Source: Victivallales bacterium
Lineage (GTDB): Bacteria > Verrucomicrobiota > Lentisphaeria > Victivallales > UBA1829
NCBI GenBank assembly: GCA_045592785.1
Contig: JAZNVL010000060.1
Coordinates: 2,045-66,044, forward strand
Direction: 5' to 3'
DNA: 64,000 nt
The position numbers and the translations under genes were made by a program. Shown here one piece after another: positions 25,829-36,188 of this stretch (position 1 is its first letter; each line of letters opens with the position of its first letter). The notes below the pieces were generated by a model, which was not told where the DNA came from, ran no database searches, and saw only the letters and a program-made list of their open reading frames with translations.

Positions 25829-28075
25829 ATGATCATGCCGAAAAATATAATTCTATGTCTGACCGCTTGTATTATCACGTTTCTCCTCGCCGGATGCGCT
25901 TCCTCGGAACGGATGATGCGGATGTCCGGTGGCGTGTTTTATGAGTACAGTGTCCCTACCAAACAACGGATCCGTTCGGAAAAGTTCCAGAAGAAAACGG
26001 AGCAATTCAACGCGGGCAGGAAGTCCGCCCGTCAGGAATTGGGCGGAGTGGATACAGCACTGGTCAATATCTGGCCTTTTTATTTCCGGTCCCGGGATTA
26101 TTTTTCTGTGATGTGGCCCATGATCGACTGGGATCCTTACGGGATGGCGATCCGTCCTTTTTACAATCAGGAAGGGGATGATTATTCTGTTCTGTTTCCG
26201 CTTTCCGCCTGGAATCCGCAGCGCAAGCATGGGTGGATCCTCAATTTGATCTGGACGACCGAGGGCGGCGGCTGGATCCCGCTGGTGTGGCATTCTGTTG
26301 ACGGGAAGAAACGTTTTACGATGGCGACGCCGTTATTCTGGCATAAGAGCGACCGTGCGGAACTGAAAAAGGATGTGTATTCTGTGAATGACACGTTTCT
26401 GTATTTTCTGCTGTTTTACTACGATCATTACAAAAAACTGGATCTCGGGAAATGGAATTTTCTTCTGCCGTCTCAGTGCAATTACAATACCCGTTTGAAT
26501 AACCGGATCGCTTATCTCGGGGAGAAAGTACCTGCCAACAAGGCGGAGTTTGATGCGTTGCGCAACAAGATCATTGATACGAAGTCGTCCGTGCAGGAAA
26601 AGAACAATAACGGGATCCCCATGATCTACCATTACAGTGGGGAATATGATGGCGGGTATTCGTTCCGCGGGCCCGGGTACATTACGTTCGGATTCGAGAA
26701 GAGACTGCCGCTTTATTCGGAATGGGATCTCTTCGGGGGATTGCTGGCGAAATATTCCCATCGCGGCGCGGATATGTCCGGCTTATCCGGCGAGAACACG
26801 CTGTTCTATTCGGTGGCACTGCTCACCCGGATCGTTGCGCGGCGTGCGCTGAAAGAGGAGGGTGATGTCCCCGTTCTGCGCAAACTCAAAAATCTTTGCG
26901 GTTGGTCGGAAGAATCGTTCCGGAAGAATCTGCCTGCGATCAAAGAAAATCTCAAAAAGCTGGGGATCAAAGAATTGCCTGCGACCGTCAAGGATGATGA
27001 AACATTCCGCATGTATCTTCATGATACGTTCGGGAACAAGGTTTATCCCCTTGAGAATCCGGCACGGGAAGGGATCATTGGTGGAATGTTCTATTATGGG
27101 TTCAACAAATACGTTTCCGAATGGTTTGCTCTGCCGCTGCTTACATGGTATTCCGAACGGAAACAGCAGGACCGTTTCTCTTTCTGGAGTGTACCGCTGT
27201 TGTCCTATGTGATGCGGGAACCCCGGAAAGACCGTACGATGGTACTGCCGCCGTTGCTTTATTATTCAGCGGGAGACCGTTACGATCATCTGACGCGTCC
27301 GGTTCATGGCCGCAGTGTCCAATGGGTATCGGATTATCGGAGTGCGGAAACTACGTCGGAATACATGGCATGCGGTTTGTTCTACCGTGGGAGTCATGCG
27401 TTTTATGTGGAAAAGGCAGGGAAAACGGACGTGGAAAAGATCCGTAAGAATTTGTATGAACTGCGCCGGATGCGGAATCAGAACCTGGCGACGGGCAAGA
27501 ACATCAAAGAGCGTCGTGACCGGAATGCACAATGGCAGACGAAGACGCGGATCGAGGAACTGCGGAAACTCATCGTGGTGGAAGAACTGAAACTGGCAGA
27601 AGACCGTCTGGAGAAAGACCATCAGAAGTACCGGAAACTGCTTGGGGAAACGGAAGCATTGTGTAAAAAGAATCAGTTTGCGTTTCAGGAGAAAATGATC
27701 CTGACGGATGCGGCGTTGAAAGATTGTGTGGCACGTCTGTTCCGGGAATGTGCGGAACTGCGTACGAAGTCTGACATCGGCAACGGGCTGATTTTCCGGA
27801 AAGAGAATTTTTATAACGGGGATTATAAATGGCATTTTTGCAGTGTGCTTGCGGGCGGTGAAAAGAAAGGCGATCTGGAATACAATCATGTGTTGTATTT
27901 CCTTTATCGCGACCGGAAGGAAGGTGCCCGTTCGGAAACATTGCTGTTCCCGTTCATCTCGATCCAGCGTGACGGTGCGGACGAACGCCGTTCCTTCATG
28001 GGGCGTGTGTGGGAACGCCGGATCAAAGACGGGAAAACGAGCGGATACATTCTCGGGATTCCGTACGGTGACTGA
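25829..28075 (+). CDS. Lipoprotein of unknown function (748 aa)
   Basis: Signal peptide plus lipobox: ...CIITFLLAGCASS. The C-terminal part is charged and coiled-coil-like. The ATG at 25835 has better spacing to GGAAAGGA than the one at 25829. Confidence 0.7.
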   Translation: MIMPKNIILCLTACIITFLLAGCASSERMMRMSGGVFYEYSVPTKQRIRSEKFQKKTEQFNAGRKSARQELGGVDTALVNIWPFYFRSRDYFSVMWPMIDWDPYGMAIRPFYNQEGDDYSVLFPLSAWNPQRKHGWILNLIWTTEGGGWIPLVWHSVDGKKRFTMATPLFWHKSDRAELKKDVYSVNDTFLYFLLFYYDHYKKLDLGKWNFLLPSQCNYNTRLNNRIAYLGEKVPANKAEFDALRNKIIDTKSSVQEKNNNGIPMIYHYSGEYDGGYSFRGPGYITFGFEKRLPLYSEWDLFGGLLAKYSHRGADMSGLSGENTLFYSVALLTRIVARRALKEEGDVPVLRKLKNLCGWSEESFRKNLPAIKENLKKLGIKELPATVKDDETFRMYLHDTFGNKVYPLENPAREGIIGGMFYYGFNKYVSEWFALPLLTWYSERKQQDRFSFWSVPLLSYVMREPRKDRTMVLPPLLYYSAGDRYDHLTRPVHGRSVQWVSDYRSAETTSEYMACGLFYRGSHAFYVEKAGKTDVEKIRKNLYELRRMRNQNLATGKNIKERRDRNAQWQTKTRIEELRKLIVVEELKLAEDRLEKDHQKYRKLLGETEALCKKNQFAFQEKMILTDAALKDCVARLFRECAELRTKSDIGNGLIFRKENFYNGDYKWHFCSVLAGGEKKGDLEYNHVLYFLYRDRKEGARSETLLFPFISIQRDGADERRSFMGRVWERRIKDGKTSGYILGIPYGD

Positions 28076-28186
28076 AAAAAATTAAAAATTTTTGTATCCG
28101 GGTTTGAAAAAAGCGAAATATGTGCTATGTTATACGCAATTTCTTACAAAGATAACAATAAACCTTAACATCTGGAGACAGAGATC

Positions 28187-28294
28187 ATGGGAAGACAGTA
28201 CAACAAGATCGAAAAAAGAGCACGTCGTAAAAACTACCTTGCACGGGTGAAAGCGAAACACAACGCTGCGAAAAAAGCTTCTGCAAAGAAATAA
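28187..28294 (+). CDS. Small, very basic 35-aa ORF (MGRQYNKIEKRARRKNYLARVKAKHNAAKKASAKK)
   Basis: Not in the track (<60 aa). ATG at 28187 with GGAGA 9 nt upstream. It ends 28 nt before lpxA. The composition is like small ribosome/RNA-associated proteins. Confidence 0.35.
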   Translation: MGRQYNKIEKRARRKNYLARVKAKHNAAKKASAKK

Positions 28295-28322
28295 TTTACG
28301 ATAAGCCGAGCGAGTATATCCC

Positions 28323-29126
28323 ATGGCAAAAATCCATCCCACAGCAATGATCGGCGACGATGTTCGCCTGGGTGATAATGTGGAAATCGGACCCTATGTC
28401 GTCATCGAAGACCATGTGTCGATCGGTGACGGCTGTCGTTTGATCGCACAGTGTCACATCGCCTCCTATACAGAAATGGGAGAAAACAATGTGGTTTATC
28501 CTTTTGCCTCCATCGGCGGTGATCCCGAGGATTATGCTTATGATCCTGCGCAGGGACCTTCCTATACCCGCATCGGCAGCAACAACAAATTCCGTGAGAA
28601 TGTGACCATCAACCGCGGGACTCATGCCGGGACCGAAACGATTGTCGGTGACGGCTGTTTCCTGATGGCGAATACGCATGTTTCACACAACTGCGTGCTG
28701 GGGAACGGTGTGATCATGGTTCCCTACAGCGGTGTCGCCGGATATTGTCAAATCGGCGACAAATGTCTGATCTCCGGCCTGTCCGGTATGCACCAGTTCT
28801 GTCGCATGGGACGTATGGCTGTCCTCTCCGGCGGTTCCACGATTTCCATGGATCTGCCGCCTTTCATGATCGGTGACGGTCGTAACGGCGGGGTCCGCGG
28901 GTTCAATATCGTGGGGATGCGCCGTAACGGATTCAGCCCGGAAACGATCCGTGCGATCAAAGACCTTTATGACATCTTCTTCCGTCACGGCAGCAGCATG
29001 AGCAATGCGATCGCGAAAGCCCGTGCTGAAGTGCCGGACCTTCCGGAAGTCCGCGAGTTTCTCGAATTCATCGAAAGCAGCAAACGCGGCGTATTGAGCG
29101 GGGATCGTCACGGCAGACGTGCCTGA
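28323..29126 (+). CDS. lpxA: Acyl-ACP--UDP-GlcNAc O-acyltransferase
   Basis: IHPTAMIGDDVRLGDNVEIGPYVVIEDHVSIGDGC hexapeptide repeats, ...NRGT...T.VG...F.MA..HV.HNC.LGN..., and the C-terminal helical domain (GFN.VG..R.GFS.E.I..IK..Y). Confidence 0.9.
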   Translation: MAKIHPTAMIGDDVRLGDNVEIGPYVVIEDHVSIGDGCRLIAQCHIASYTEMGENNVVYPFASIGGDPEDYAYDPAQGPSYTRIGSNNKFRENVTINRGTHAGTETIVGDGCFLMANTHVSHNCVLGNGVIMVPYSGVAGYCQIGDKCLISGLSGMHQFCRMGRMAVLSGGSTISMDLPPFMIGDGRNGGVRGFNIVGMRRNGFSPETIRAIKDLYDIFFRHGSSMSNAIAKARAEVPDLPEVREFLEFIESSKRGVLSGDRHGRRA

Positions 29127-29229
29127 TCCTGTCCGTTCTGATTTTTTACTGTAAAGCAGATCATCGGATCGCGCGCTCTTTCTATCTTTTTTAACACATT
29201 GATTTTTCAATAATTTTTTTATTGGCTGC

Positions 29230-29257
29230 TTGCATTTTCTTTTTGCCATGTTATATT
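29230..29257 (+). promoter_or_regulatory. Sigma-70-like promoter with extended -10 (TTGCAT-N16-TATATT)
   Basis: TTGCAT at 29230-29235 and TATATT at 29252-29257, preceded by caTGt. This is the same cYATGTTATATTA block seen at 25795-25808. Confidence 0.35.
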
Positions 29258-29297
29258 ATGATGTTTCACTACGATAATCCATAATAAGGAAAAGAAA

Positions 29298-31226
29298 ATG
29301 AAAGACTTATACACACTTCACGTTATGCCGCTCATTCCCGGTTCCGAAAAAGAACTCGCCCGGGATGCGGAGTACCTGCTCAAACATAAGATCTGCACGC
29401 ACATTGCATGCTGTATGACTCTGGTCCCGGAGAATGTTCCGCCTGCCGATAAAGCGGGTACTTACAGCGTGATATACAAGAAATTCCTTTCCCATTTCAA
29501 AGGAGATAAGAAGCATGTCGGTATTCTGATCCAGGCGAGTATCGGACACGGTTGGAAGCCCAATGTGCCCTGTGATTTCCAGAAGATCCTGCACGGATTC
29601 AACGGTGAACAATACCGGATGTGTCCCCTGGGATCCGATTTTCTTGCTTATCTGGATCAGCAGATGGATACCCTCATGTCTCTGAAGCCCGGATTCTTTA
29701 TGGTGGATGATGACTTCCGTATGCTGTCAGGGCACACCGGCTGTTTCTGCCCGCTGCATCTTGCGGAGTTCGAACGCCGTACAGGCGAAAAACATACGGC
29801 GGAATCCCTGCGTGACAAAGTTGCCTCCGACGAGGCGACCGCGCGGAAATATGATGAAATGATCCTGGATTCTCTGCTGGGCGCGGCGAAAGTGATCCGG
29901 GGCGCCATCGACCGTCATGATCCGGATATGGAATGCAGCTGCTGTATCTGCAGCGGTGATGTCCGCCACGCCGGACCGGTTGCGAAAGTTCTTGCGGGGA
30001 ATGGAAAAGCAGAACGGATCATCCGCATCAATAACGCCCGTTATCTGTCAGCGGAAATGCGTTCCTTCCCCCGCCGGATGTATGACGGCGCTTTGCAGAT
30101 CGCGGCATTGGATGATGATATCCGCATTCTTGCGGAAACGGATACCTGTCCGCAGACCCGGTGGAGTACTTGTGCCACGTTAATGCACTCTCATTACACG
30201 GGCTCCATTCTGGAAGGATGTCGCGGCGCGAAGCACTGGATCACCCAGATGAATACCTGGAATCCGGAAGGCGGGAAGGAATACCGGAAGATCCTGAAGA
30301 AGTATAACAGGTTTTATCAGACTCTGGCAGATACCCTTGACGATGCCGTGCCCTCCGGCGTGATCACTGCTCCTCTTTATCAGAAACCGGGATTCAATAA
30401 TCCCGTTACGGCAAACCGTGAGACCGGTGCGACTTACAACTGGCAGCAGCCGATGAGTGTTATGGGGTTACCCTGCAATTATTCCAAGTACCGGAAAGGG
30501 CTTCCCGCGTTTTTCGCAGAAGAAGACCTGGCATTGTTCACGGATGAAGAACTGACGAAGTTCGCGGAAAATGGGATCATTGTGGATGGTGCTGCCGCCT
30601 GTGTTCTGACGCAGCGTGGACTTGCTCATCTGATCGGTGTGGAAGCGCGCAAGTGGGAGAAGGAAACGATCTCCGGCGAATTTTATGGGAAAAAGCTGTT
30701 GAAAGCGGGGAATTTTTATTATGAACTGACACCCCTTGCGGGCGTGAAAGTGGAAGAAAAAGGACAGTTGTTCCACCGGAAATCCGGTACGGACTTTGAT
30801 CCGGCGGTGGTGGGTACTGCGCTTTACTTCACGGAACCTGCCCACGGCGGACGTTGTGCGGTCTTCTCTGTCTCCATGGATCTCAATGGTTTCAACGTGT
30901 TCAGTCTCCGTGATTTGATCCGGAAAGAACAGCTTGTGGAAACGCTTGAATATGTTACCGGCGGCAGGATTTCCTATGTTGCCGGGGATAATGAAGTGTA
31001 TATGAAAGAGTTTACGCACAAAGACGGATCCCGGATCATGGCATTTTTCAATCTTGCATTTGACCCGATGGCATCCCTGCCGTTGCGACTGGCGGATGTT
31101 CCTGAAAAAATAGAAGCGCTCCAGCCCAACGGGACCTGGAAGGAAGTCGCGTATAAGGGCGGGAGCGTGAAAGAGAAATTGCCTCCCGGATACCCGATGA
31201 TCCTGCGTGTCACGGGGATCCGGTAA
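29298..31226 (+). CDS. Hypothetical protein, 642 aa
   Basis: Long ORF with host-like GC content. AAGGAAAAG lies upstream of the ATG. No domain recognised. Confidence 0.6.
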   Translation: MKDLYTLHVMPLIPGSEKELARDAEYLLKHKICTHIACCMTLVPENVPPADKAGTYSVIYKKFLSHFKGDKKHVGILIQASIGHGWKPNVPCDFQKILHGFNGEQYRMCPLGSDFLAYLDQQMDTLMSLKPGFFMVDDDFRMLSGHTGCFCPLHLAEFERRTGEKHTAESLRDKVASDEATARKYDEMILDSLLGAAKVIRGAIDRHDPDMECSCCICSGDVRHAGPVAKVLAGNGKAERIIRINNARYLSAEMRSFPRRMYDGALQIAALDDDIRILAETDTCPQTRWSTCATLMHSHYTGSILEGCRGAKHWITQMNTWNPEGGKEYRKILKKYNRFYQTLADTLDDAVPSGVITAPLYQKPGFNNPVTANRETGATYNWQQPMSVMGLPCNYSKYRKGLPAFFAEEDLALFTDEELTKFAENGIIVDGAAACVLTQRGLAHLIGVEARKWEKETISGEFYGKKLLKAGNFYYELTPLAGVKVEEKGQLFHRKSGTDFDPAVVGTALYFTEPAHGGRCAVFSVSMDLNGFNVFSLRDLIRKEQLVETLEYVTGGRISYVAGDNEVYMKEFTHKDGSRIMAFFNLAFDPMASLPLRLADVPEKIEALQPNGTWKEVAYKGGSVKEKLPPGYPMILRVTGIR

Positions 31227-31235
31227 GGGGATCGA

Positions 31236-31589
31236 TCATTCCTCCGTTCCGGCTGCATAGGTATGCAGCGAAGCGGAATCGGGCGCAGAGCCTTCGATGG
31301 AGAAGGTGGCTGCGCCTGTATTTGTTTCATCGACAGAAGTGGACTCGATTCCGTAAGTCGTTCCGGCGTAAGTGATAGTGTCACCGGCTTTTACGGAAAG
31401 CGATTCACTGTCCATGACACCGGAGAGCGTGACTCTTTCCTCTCTGGAATAATACCATTTGTCGGTGACCGCGCCGGATTCATTCCGTGCTTCTGCGGTC
31501 TTGACGGAGGTGCTTCGCCTGACGGTATTGAGTACGCATCCGGCGATATCACCATCGGCATTGGAGACGATTCCGAATTGTCTTGCCAT
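31236..31589 (-). CDS. Small phage-associated protein (117 aa), unknown role
   Basis: Last gene of the head-module string. GGAGC at 31596-31600 lies close upstream of the ATG at 31589. No motif recognised. Confidence 0.5.
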   Translation of the reverse strand: MARQFGIVSNADGDIAGCVLNTVRRSTSVKTAEARNESGAVTDKWYYSREERVTLSGVMDSESLSVKAGDTITYAGTTYGIESTSVDETNTGAATFSIEGSAPDSASLHTYAAGTEE

Positions 31590-31606
31590 GGTTAGCTCCT
31601 TTCATG

Positions 31607-32017
31607 TTAAAAGTTTTTCAGATTTTTCCGGCTGAAAACAGGCGTTTCCATTTCCAGAAATGCGATATTTGCTTTTGTTTGCTCGGCGGCACCGGGCAGA
31701 CAGAATGATTCCTCGCGGATCTCTGTCAGCCGGGCACGGACCTGGGCGACTCTTGCCTTTACTTTTTCCGGGAAACGTGCGCCATCGGTCCGGGCGTAAG
31801 CCCGTTCCTCCGCCAGAGTGAGAGTCCAGCTTTTCAGCAGGGGCAGGGCACTCTGACAGGTCACGGGGATCTGATAGCGCATGGTCAGGACGCCATCGAT
31901 CTCCGCCTGGGCATCAAGCAGATCATCGATGGCGCGTTCGGTTTCCGGATAGATTTGAGTAAAGAGAGCGCCGAGCCTGTTTTTCAGATCATGCAGTTCG
32001 GCGTACATGAGGCTCAA
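31607..32017 (-). CDS. DUF1320 / Mu gp36-like head completion protein
   Basis: 136 aa immediately after the major head gene, with a 4-nt overlap. The N-terminal ...Y.....L..R.G......L... pattern and the size fit the gp36 family (from recollection). Confidence 0.5.
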   Translation of the reverse strand: MSLMYAELHDLKNRLGALFTQIYPETERAIDDLLDAQAEIDGVLTMRYQIPVTCQSALPLLKSWTLTLAEERAYARTDGARFPEKVKARVAQVRARLTEIREESFCLPGAAEQTKANIAFLEMETPVFSRKNLKNF

Positions 32018-32910
32018 CGTCCGCCGCGGAAGACCAGGTGCGGGAACGCACAGGCTGCGTTGCCGTACGCCTTGGTGCCGTAAATGATCTCGTCATATTC
32101 GAAGACGTTTTCATTATCCTGACGATCCAGTGCGGTGAGTTCGCAGTCTTTGGACTTCTGCAGGATGACGGGCTTGAGGATCCCGTTTGTCTGCATGAGA
32201 TACCAGTCATCGGCAAACGCGCCGCTGAGTCTGGGGTTGACCACGATCTCCACCAGATCAAAGTTCCGGTTGTCAATGACGGCACCGTTATCCCCGGAAA
32301 CGATTTTGGTGTTCTTGATGATGTCCCACGCCGTCGCCCGGAGTTTGGGGCCGACCATGAGGACATCGGGGCAGACTGCCAGTGTTTCGCCGTTATGGGA
32401 AGTGTAAGAAGTCATGCGTTCGTAAGCGGCTTCGAATGCTTCACGGGAGAGGGCATCGCTTGCGGTATTGCAGATGACACTGGAACCGTATTTGTGTTCC
32501 TGATGGAAAAATGCCTTGCCGTCGATCCACTTGCTGTTTCCGGTGAGAGCTTCCACTGCCAGACGGTCCCAGAGCTGTCTGCCGGCCTGTCCCATCTGTG
32601 CGATGAGTGCGGAATACTGCTGCCAGTTATCGGTTTCGATGTCGCGGACCCGGATCTTGACGGTATCTTCGAATGCGCGTTCCACGAGACGGATGGACTG
32701 GGATTTGAGGTTTTTGACCTGTCTGGGGCCGATCCATTCACGCATGAAAGCGAATGTTTCGAGGAAGGGAAATTCGATAGCGGAATGATTGGGATCGCCA
32801 TCGATCATGCAGAACTTTTCGTATACGGTGGGCGTGTTGTCGAATGCGTTCTGAAATTTGAGACTGTAAGAAGTCCGCATGGAGTTCAGAGTATCGGGAT
32901 TGAGTTCCAT
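32014..32910 (-). CDS. Mu gpT-like major head subunit
   Basis: MELNPDTLNSMRTSYSLKFQNAFDNTPTVYEKFCM...EFPFLETFAFMREWIGPRQVKNL is the characteristic Mu-like major head N-terminus. 298 aa. Confidence 0.8.
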   Translation of the reverse strand: MELNPDTLNSMRTSYSLKFQNAFDNTPTVYEKFCMIDGDPNHSAIEFPFLETFAFMREWIGPRQVKNLKSQSIRLVERAFEDTVKIRVRDIETDNWQQYSALIAQMGQAGRQLWDRLAVEALTGNSKWIDGKAFFHQEHKYGSSVICNTASDALSREAFEAAYERMTSYTSHNGETLAVCPDVLMVGPKLRATAWDIIKNTKIVSGDNGAVIDNRNFDLVEIVVNPRLSGAFADDWYLMQTNGILKPVILQKSKDCELTALDRQDNENVFEYDEIIYGTKAYGNAACAFPHLVFRGGR

Positions 32911-32940
32911 AAGATGATTACCTTTCTTCTTTGATTACGA

Positions 32941-33516
32941 TCAGGCGAGTTTGACCCAGCTCAAACCATTGTTCATATAGATTTCACCAGCGGCGGCTTC
33001 CGCAATGGCTTCCCCGCCGGTCCATGCCTTGGCAATGATGAGCAGTTTGCCGGGAAGTGAGGTCGCCGCCGGTTCCGGATCTTCACTGACCGTGAGCGCA
33101 ACGGGGACCGTCACCGGCAGATTGCCGATCTCCACGATGACTTCGTTTCCGTCCACGTCCCGGAGCATCCCGGCGACGATATGATGTTCGCCGCCGATTT
33201 TCCCCACGGTCTGATCGTTGACGATGTAAACGGTCTTGCCGATGTCATTGACCGTGAGTGCTTCCTCCGCTGTGCCGTTTTCCAGACGGAACGCACCGGA
33301 GCGGACGTAAGCGTGTCCGTTGAACACGGCTTCGCAGATCCCTGCGACGACGATCCCTTCGGAGTCAGATGCTTCGACGGCTTTGCCGAGGGAGTCGATG
33401 GCGACGATCGCCCCGGGGAAGATGACGGCGTTTTCTGCGATTTCGAGTTTCCGGTTGAATCCGGCACATCCGCAGATGATTTCCCGTGTATTACGGGGTT
33501 CTTTGAGTGTACTCAT
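32941..33516 (-). CDS. Phage head-associated protein (DUF2190-like, possible decoration/cement)
   Basis: Sits between the protease/scaffold and major head genes. I prefer the ATG at 33516 (MSTLKEP...; AGGAAAGG 9 nt upstream) over the track start at 33567. Confidence 0.45.
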   Translation of the reverse strand: MSTLKEPRNTREIICGCAGFNRKLEIAENAVIFPGAIVAIDSLGKAVEASDSEGIVVAGICEAVFNGHAYVRSGAFRLENGTAEEALTVNDIGKTVYIVNDQTVGKIGGEHHIVAGMLRDVDGNEVIVEIGNLPVTVPVALTVSEDPEPAATSLPGKLLIIAKAWTGGEAIAEAAAGEIYMNNGLSWVKLA

Positions 33517-33554
33517 GAGTTGTTGCCTTTCCTGTTGATTGGTTGTAAAAGGGT

Positions 33555-34724
33555 TCAGTCCATACATTTTTTCTTGTGCAGAAGATAATCCTCTTCCTTG
33601 AAGCCGAAACGCTGACAGGCGGCACGGTCTTCTGCGGTGAGGGTGGCATAATGATCTTCCGCGGGGAGTGCATCACGCCGGGTGGTCCCCTGGGGAATGA
33701 TCACGGGCGCAGCCGCAAGATGAGCGGAGAGCTGCACGTTGTCCAGTTTTCCCCACCACTCTCTGGTTGAGGGGGTGATCTTGCCGTCCCGGATGCCCTG
33801 TTCCAGCAGTTCATCATGTTGTTTCTTTTCCTGCTGGATCCGGAGCTGCTTCAATTTTTCTTCGGCGTCGTTCAATTCCTTCCGGAGTTTCTCCAGATCT
33901 TCGTCTCTGCTGATGAGTTTTTGCAGCGCGGGGACGAGAAGCGCATCGGGCACGTCATCCTGAAGATTGAGGATGCGTCTGAACTCCGCCAGCAGTTCCA
34001 CTTTTTCCGTGATGCCTGCTGCCAGCGATCCGTCATCGACAGAAGACGGATCGGCGGACAATGTCAGGGTGTCACGTCCCAGCAGACGGCTGAGTGCTTT
34101 TTCGACAGGTGTCATTGCATGTTCCTTTTGTTGATGTTTGTTATTGTGATCCGGGATATTCCCGGGCGTTTCCCGAACAACGGCGGATGCGGCAAGGGAA
34201 TCCAGATGATTGATCGCCGGTTCATTTTCCAAAGCCACGCTGGTGACCCGTAAAGGCGGCTGGACCAGACCACGGATCGCCGGAGAGAAATAACGGTAGA
34301 TCTTTTCCTGCATCAGACGATAAGCCGCTGGATTCCATTTGACTTTGATCCGCAGTTCATCCCCGCGGAGGAAGAGCGTACCGAATCCCATGGCAGCCAC
34401 GCCGGAGGGGATCAGACGGAGACATTCGGACTCCTCCAGATTTTTTTCATTTGCCAGATAATGGAGATAATGATTGGAGTCCAGAGGGATCAGTTCTCCT
34501 TTATCATAAAAGTATTGCATGATCGACTCCATGTCCTCCCGCGTGAGATACAGGACCCCTTTTCTGCCGTTCCGGATAAACGCATTTTCACCGATCCGTA
34601 AAAGAGTCCATTCCACCGGCACCCCGTTTTTGTCCCGGATCACATTATTTTCCTTTGCGGAAAGTGTGATCCCGTCATGGAGCATCAGCTCCGCGTGTTC
34701 GATTTCACTTACTTTCATTTTCAT
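33555..34724 (-). CDS. Mu gpI-like protease/scaffold protein
   Basis: The N-terminal part (...VPVEWTLLRIGENAFIRNGRKGVLYLTREDMESIMQYF...IPLDSNH) resembles the Mu-like prophage I protease domain. The C-terminal part is coiled-coil and scaffold-like. The start is probably MKMKVSEIEH (34724 or 34718), not 34817. Confidence 0.65.
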   Translation of the reverse strand: MKMKVSEIEHAELMLHDGITLSAKENNVIRDKNGVPVEWTLLRIGENAFIRNGRKGVLYLTREDMESIMQYFYDKGELIPLDSNHYLHYLANEKNLEESECLRLIPSGVAAMGFGTLFLRGDELRIKVKWNPAAYRLMQEKIYRYFSPAIRGLVQPPLRVTSVALENEPAINHLDSLAASAVVRETPGNIPDHNNKHQQKEHAMTPVEKALSRLLGRDTLTLSADPSSVDDGSLAAGITEKVELLAEFRRILNLQDDVPDALLVPALQKLISRDEDLEKLRKELNDAEEKLKQLRIQQEKKQHDELLEQGIRDGKITPSTREWWGKLDNVQLSAHLAAAPVIIPQGTTRRDALPAEDHYATLTAEDRAACQRFGFKEEDYLLHKKKCMD

Positions 34725-35946
34725 CCTTTCGTTTGAGATGGATCCCGAACCGTTTGCCGATCTCCTCGGGATCCGCTTCCAGTCCGGCACTGTATAATGA
34801 TGCCAGAGTCTGTGCAAAATGTGTCAGGTCTTCCGGCGGTTCCACACGGAAACGCAAGACCGGCACGGGGGCATCCGGCCCGTAATGGAACATAGTCCAC
34901 GGAGCAGCCAAACCGGAACGGATGGTGGATTCGATCTTCCGGGCATCGGCTTCGAGGATATCCTGTCTGACTTTGCTCTGTGCATCTCCACCGCTCAACC
35001 CCGAGGACCGTCCGGAAGTTGCCAGCTGTCCGAGGATGACTTTCGTAATGGCATCGCTCATGTGAGAAATAATGGCTTCGTAAACCGTTCCGGAGTTACC
35101 GGCAGCACTCTGCAACAGTTCGATCTCCATGGCTTTGGAGAAGACCCCGCCGCCCCGTGGTCCGAAATTCCGGATGGCGTTCTGAACAGCGGCACGGTCT
35201 TTGTCGTATGCCGCCCGATCCAGTTTTGCTACAAGGAATGGCATCCCGTACCGTTCCGCAAATGCCATCCAGTCTTTCATGGGATAGGATTGGAAACAGT
35301 GGAGCCATGCGAGGGTACGGATCAAGCCGCCGCGACAGATATCGCTGCCGATCCGGTGATGCCAGTGAAAAAGGAATTTATATGGGGGGAGGGGACGTCC
35401 TTCGGGAGCCGCCCGTGTGATAAGTTGCGGTCCATCCGGATTCCGGAAAGAGAAGTGTCTGCCTTCGATGCCGCGGAACCCGAGGAGTTCCGCACCGTCC
35501 CAGATGATCTCCGAGACGGCATAGGGTGCAATAACAGCGCCGGAAAGATCGTTGATGAGATCCTGAAAGGAATCGAATTCATTGAGTTCTCCGACGGAAC
35601 GCAATGCGTTTTCAAAATGTTGGGCGATCCGATATGCTTCGGGGGAATGTTCGGTCGCAGGCGGGGTGATCTGCCATTCACAACCAAGCAGCGTGTTGCG
35701 GCGGGTCGCCATGCTGTTCCGGATATCCCAGTTTTTTTCTTCCAGTTCCAGGGCAAGTTTACAGAGTTCCCCGGGTGATCCGTTATTGGCGCGCTCCATG
35801 AGATCGCGGATGGCGGAGGGGGTGAGTTCCTGTTGGATGAAACCGGCATTGCGGTCGATGGTTTCGTGAATGACACGATTGTTGGAGTTGTCGAATTGCA
35901 TGGGCTTTCCTTTGTGTGAAAGATGATCAAAATGATGTTTCTTCAT
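34705..35946 (-). CDS. DUF935 / Mu gp29-like portal protein
   Basis: ...LALELEEKNWDIRNSMATRRNTLLGCEWQITPP... is the DUF935 portal signature region. 398-413 aa depending on the start (35946 or 35901). Confidence 0.7.
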   Translation of the reverse strand: MKKHHFDHLSHKGKPMQFDNSNNRVIHETIDRNAGFIQQELTPSAIRDLMERANNGSPGELCKLALELEEKNWDIRNSMATRRNTLLGCEWQITPPATEHSPEAYRIAQHFENALRSVGELNEFDSFQDLINDLSGAVIAPYAVSEIIWDGAELLGFRGIEGRHFSFRNPDGPQLITRAAPEGRPLPPYKFLFHWHHRIGSDICRGGLIRTLAWLHCFQSYPMKDWMAFAERYGMPFLVAKLDRAAYDKDRAAVQNAIRNFGPRGGGVFSKAMEIELLQSAAGNSGTVYEAIISHMSDAITKVILGQLATSGRSSGLSGGDAQSKVRQDILEADARKIESTIRSGLAAPWTMFHYGPDAPVPVLRFRVEPPEDLTHFAQTLASLYSAGLEADPEEIGKRFGIHLKRKDENESK

Positions 35947-36188
35947 ATTAAATCATGAATGTTATATAAAATACAGTTTTTATTTGAAAAATGAGTTAAA
36001 AATAACATTTATAGTTTATGCGATGTAAATTTTTTTTAAAAATTTTTAATTTAAAACTTGAAAATATCAGAAATTATGTTCTATTACGCACCGGAGTCTT
36101 GATGCTTTCTTCTCCGGAAAGGAGTGTGGATAAAAAGAAGCATAACACGAGAAATATTCACAGTTTATACAATGGAGTATTCAGTAAC

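Noticed and set aside
28104-28136. Third copy of the TTGNNN-N16/17-TATATT extended -10 promoter block upstream of the small ORF/lpxA
   Set aside because: TTGAAA (28104-28109) is 16 nt from TATGTT but 21 nt from the ctatgtTATACG block that matches the other two promoters. The assignment is ambiguous, so I did not list it as a feature.
32038-32934. 298-aa plus-strand ORF; also 34819-35778
   Set aside because: Antisense to the Mu-like major head and portal genes, whose family signatures are clear.
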